Shown piece after piece: positions 62,481-64,000 of a stretch of DNA of 64,000 nucleotides (its first letter is position 1; every line of letters starts with the position of its first letter). The notes under the pieces are model-generated. The model was not told where the DNA came from. It saw only the letters and a program-made list of their open reading frames with translations, and did no database searches. The DNA is from Prochlorococcus sp. AG-436-M02 (GTDB taxonomy: Bacteria; Cyanobacteriota; Cyanobacteriia; PCC-6307; Cyanobiaceae). Location of the stretch: NCBI GenBank assembly GCA_003212515.1, contig QCPL01000007.1, positions 2,370 through 66,369 of the forward strand, in the 5' to 3' direction. Both the position numbers and the translations under genes were made by a program.

Positions 62481-63206
62481 TCAACTTGCCTGCTCCAATG
62501 ATTCTGATCCCTCTTCTTGATCAGAATGCGTAGGTTCATTGACTGTTTTATCTTCTACATCAGTTTTTGGTCCTGGACCCATAGAAACTTTCACTTGTGC
62601 ATGGCGTAAAACTCTTCCATTTAAATGATAGCCACGAACTAATTCTTCTATAATTATGTCCTCAAGAACAGTTTCACTAGGTTCACGAAGCAATGCCTCA
62701 TGCAAAGTAGGATCAAAAGCTTGTCCTATTACGCGCATAGGAGCAACGCCAAGTTTTTTTAATACATCAACCAATTGTTTATATAGATTTTGATAGTTTC
62801 TATGTAAAGAAATAGCTTCTTCACCTTCAGGATTTAATTGCTGTCTAGCTCTCTCAAAATTATCTACAACAGGTAAAATCTCACTGAGAGTAGTACAAGT
62901 TAGTTGAACTTTCAAATCATCTTGATCACGAGTTTGGCGTTTTCTGAAATTATCAAAATCAGCAGCAATTCTCATATATTGACTTTTCAAAGTTTCATGC
63001 TCTCTCTCTAGTTGTTCAAGTCGCGCCTCATTATTAAGGGGCTGATTAATAGGTTTAGCCTCGGATTCAGTATTAAGGGTCTCCTCCTGAGCTATATTTT
63101 CATTAATCTCATCTTCATTAGAAAGAGCTTCTTTTTTCTCTAAATCAGGAGCACTAGAATCTAATTCTAGATCTTCATGCTGCGAAGTGGAGGCATCTTC
63201 AGTCAT
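62481..63206 (-). CDS. grpE: Nucleotide exchange factor GrpE
   Basis: [30 protein letters not shown]. Confidence 0.97.
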   Translation of the reverse strand: MTEDASTSQHEDLELDSSAPDLEKKEALSNEDEINENIAQEETLNTESEAKPINQPLNNEARLEQLEREHETLKSQYMRIAADFDNFRKRQTRDQDDLKVQLTCTTLSEILPVVDNFERARQQLNPEGEEAISLHRNYQNLYKQLVDVLKKLGVAPMRVIGQAFDPTLHEALLREPSETVLEDIIIEELVRGYHLNGRVLRHAQVKVSMGPGPKTDVEDKTVNEPTHSDQEEGSESLEQAS

Positions 63207-63291
63207 ATGGACCTTTTAAAACTCTAATAACTAATCTTGCAGGCAAGGGTCAAGATCTAACAAGCTGCGGAAGCCCGCACCAATAAAAAAA

Positions 63292-63798
63292 TCAATTAGA
63301 TACTTTAAAAATCAAAGCAACTCCATTATTACAATATCTTTTTCCAGTAGGCCGCGGTCCATCATTAAAAACATGACCCTGATGCCCACCACAACGTTTA
63401 CAATGGTATTCAGTGCGTGGAACGATTAATTTAAAGTCCGTTTTTGTCTCTATAGAGTTTGGCAAAGGTTCCCAAAAACTAGGCCATCCAGTTCCGCTAT
63501 CAAATTTCTTAGATGAATCAAACAAAGGCAACTCACAACCAGCGCATAAAAAAACTCCTTCTCTTTTTTCATTATTCAATGGACTAGTAAATGGTCTTTC
63601 AGTTCCTTCTTCTCTCAAAACATTAAAAGCTTCAGGAGATAAGCGATTTCTCCAGTCTTCTGATGTCAAGGAAGAAAATGATTTATCTTGACTTGAAGCG
63701 GCAAAAACTTTTTTTGGTTGCAAAAATACTCCAAAAATCACTGAAAAAATTCCCATCAAAAAAGACCTGCGGCTAGACAATGAAAAGTTCCTATTCAT
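63292..63798 (-). CDS. msrB: Peptide-methionine (R)-S-oxide reductase with Tat-like signal
   Basis: GTERPF, KFDSGTGWPSF, GHVFNDGP..TGKRYCNN; SRRSFL twin-arginine leader; start placed at MNRNF. Confidence 0.94.
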   Translation of the reverse strand: MNRNFSLSSRRSFLMGIFSVIFGVFLQPKKVFAASSQDKSFSSLTSEDWRNRLSPEAFNVLREEGTERPFTSPLNNEKREGVFLCAGCELPLFDSSKKFDSGTGWPSFWEPLPNSIETKTDFKLIVPRTEYHCKRCGGHQGHVFNDGPRPTGKRYCNNGVALIFKVSN

Positions 63799-64000
63799 AG
63801 GATAAAAAGAATTCAAGCTTTCTAGGGACAAGCTAAATGTAGACAAATGAAAAATGTAGAGGGCAAAAAACCACTCATCCATGAATCCTATCAATTCAGC
63901 GTTGCCCCCATGCTCGATTGCACGGATAGGCACTTTAGAGTGCTGATGAGACAAATCAGCAAGAAATCACTTCTGTATTCAGAAATGATTGTTGCTAAAG

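Noticed and set aside
4849-63691. Numerous 60-130 aa ORFs nested in or antisense to long genes (e.g. 10041-10370, 15730-16125, 22580-22918, 56770-57081, 61678-62025)
   Set aside because: Shadow frames of well-supported genes with no independent motifs.

Overview
AT-rich marine picocyanobacterial chromosome segment, most consistent with a low-light Prochlorococcus (inferred from the two-piece tmRNA with tag ANKIVSFSRQTAPVAA, gene order and island gene families). Most of it is core genome: argJ, coaE, gatB, thiO, ndk, speA, alaS, SNF2/SWIM, flv3/flv1, mrdA, guaA, cbiD, pdxA, accB, efp, thiL, gap, murC/murB, rsgA, dnaJ, grpE and msrB. A cell-surface glycosylation island lies at about 2.9-16.8 kb. 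The main finding is three very small (about 0.9, 1.2 and 2.1 kb) insertions that encode no integrase. Each is bracketed by a duplicated 3' end of a conserved gene (ssrA, argJ, guaA) and carries its own short direct repeats at 11-12 bp spacing, resembling tyrosine-integrase arm sites. The ssrA element carries a PsbF-like protein lacking the heme His, and the argJ element carries a PD-(D/E)XK-like nuclease. The guaA element carries a Yfr2-type sRNA flanked by two complementary Yfr1/Yfr10-like sRNAs, plus small ORFs. alaS is split by a +1 frameshift in an A8 run. All calls are from reading the sequence and recalling protein families; no searches were run.
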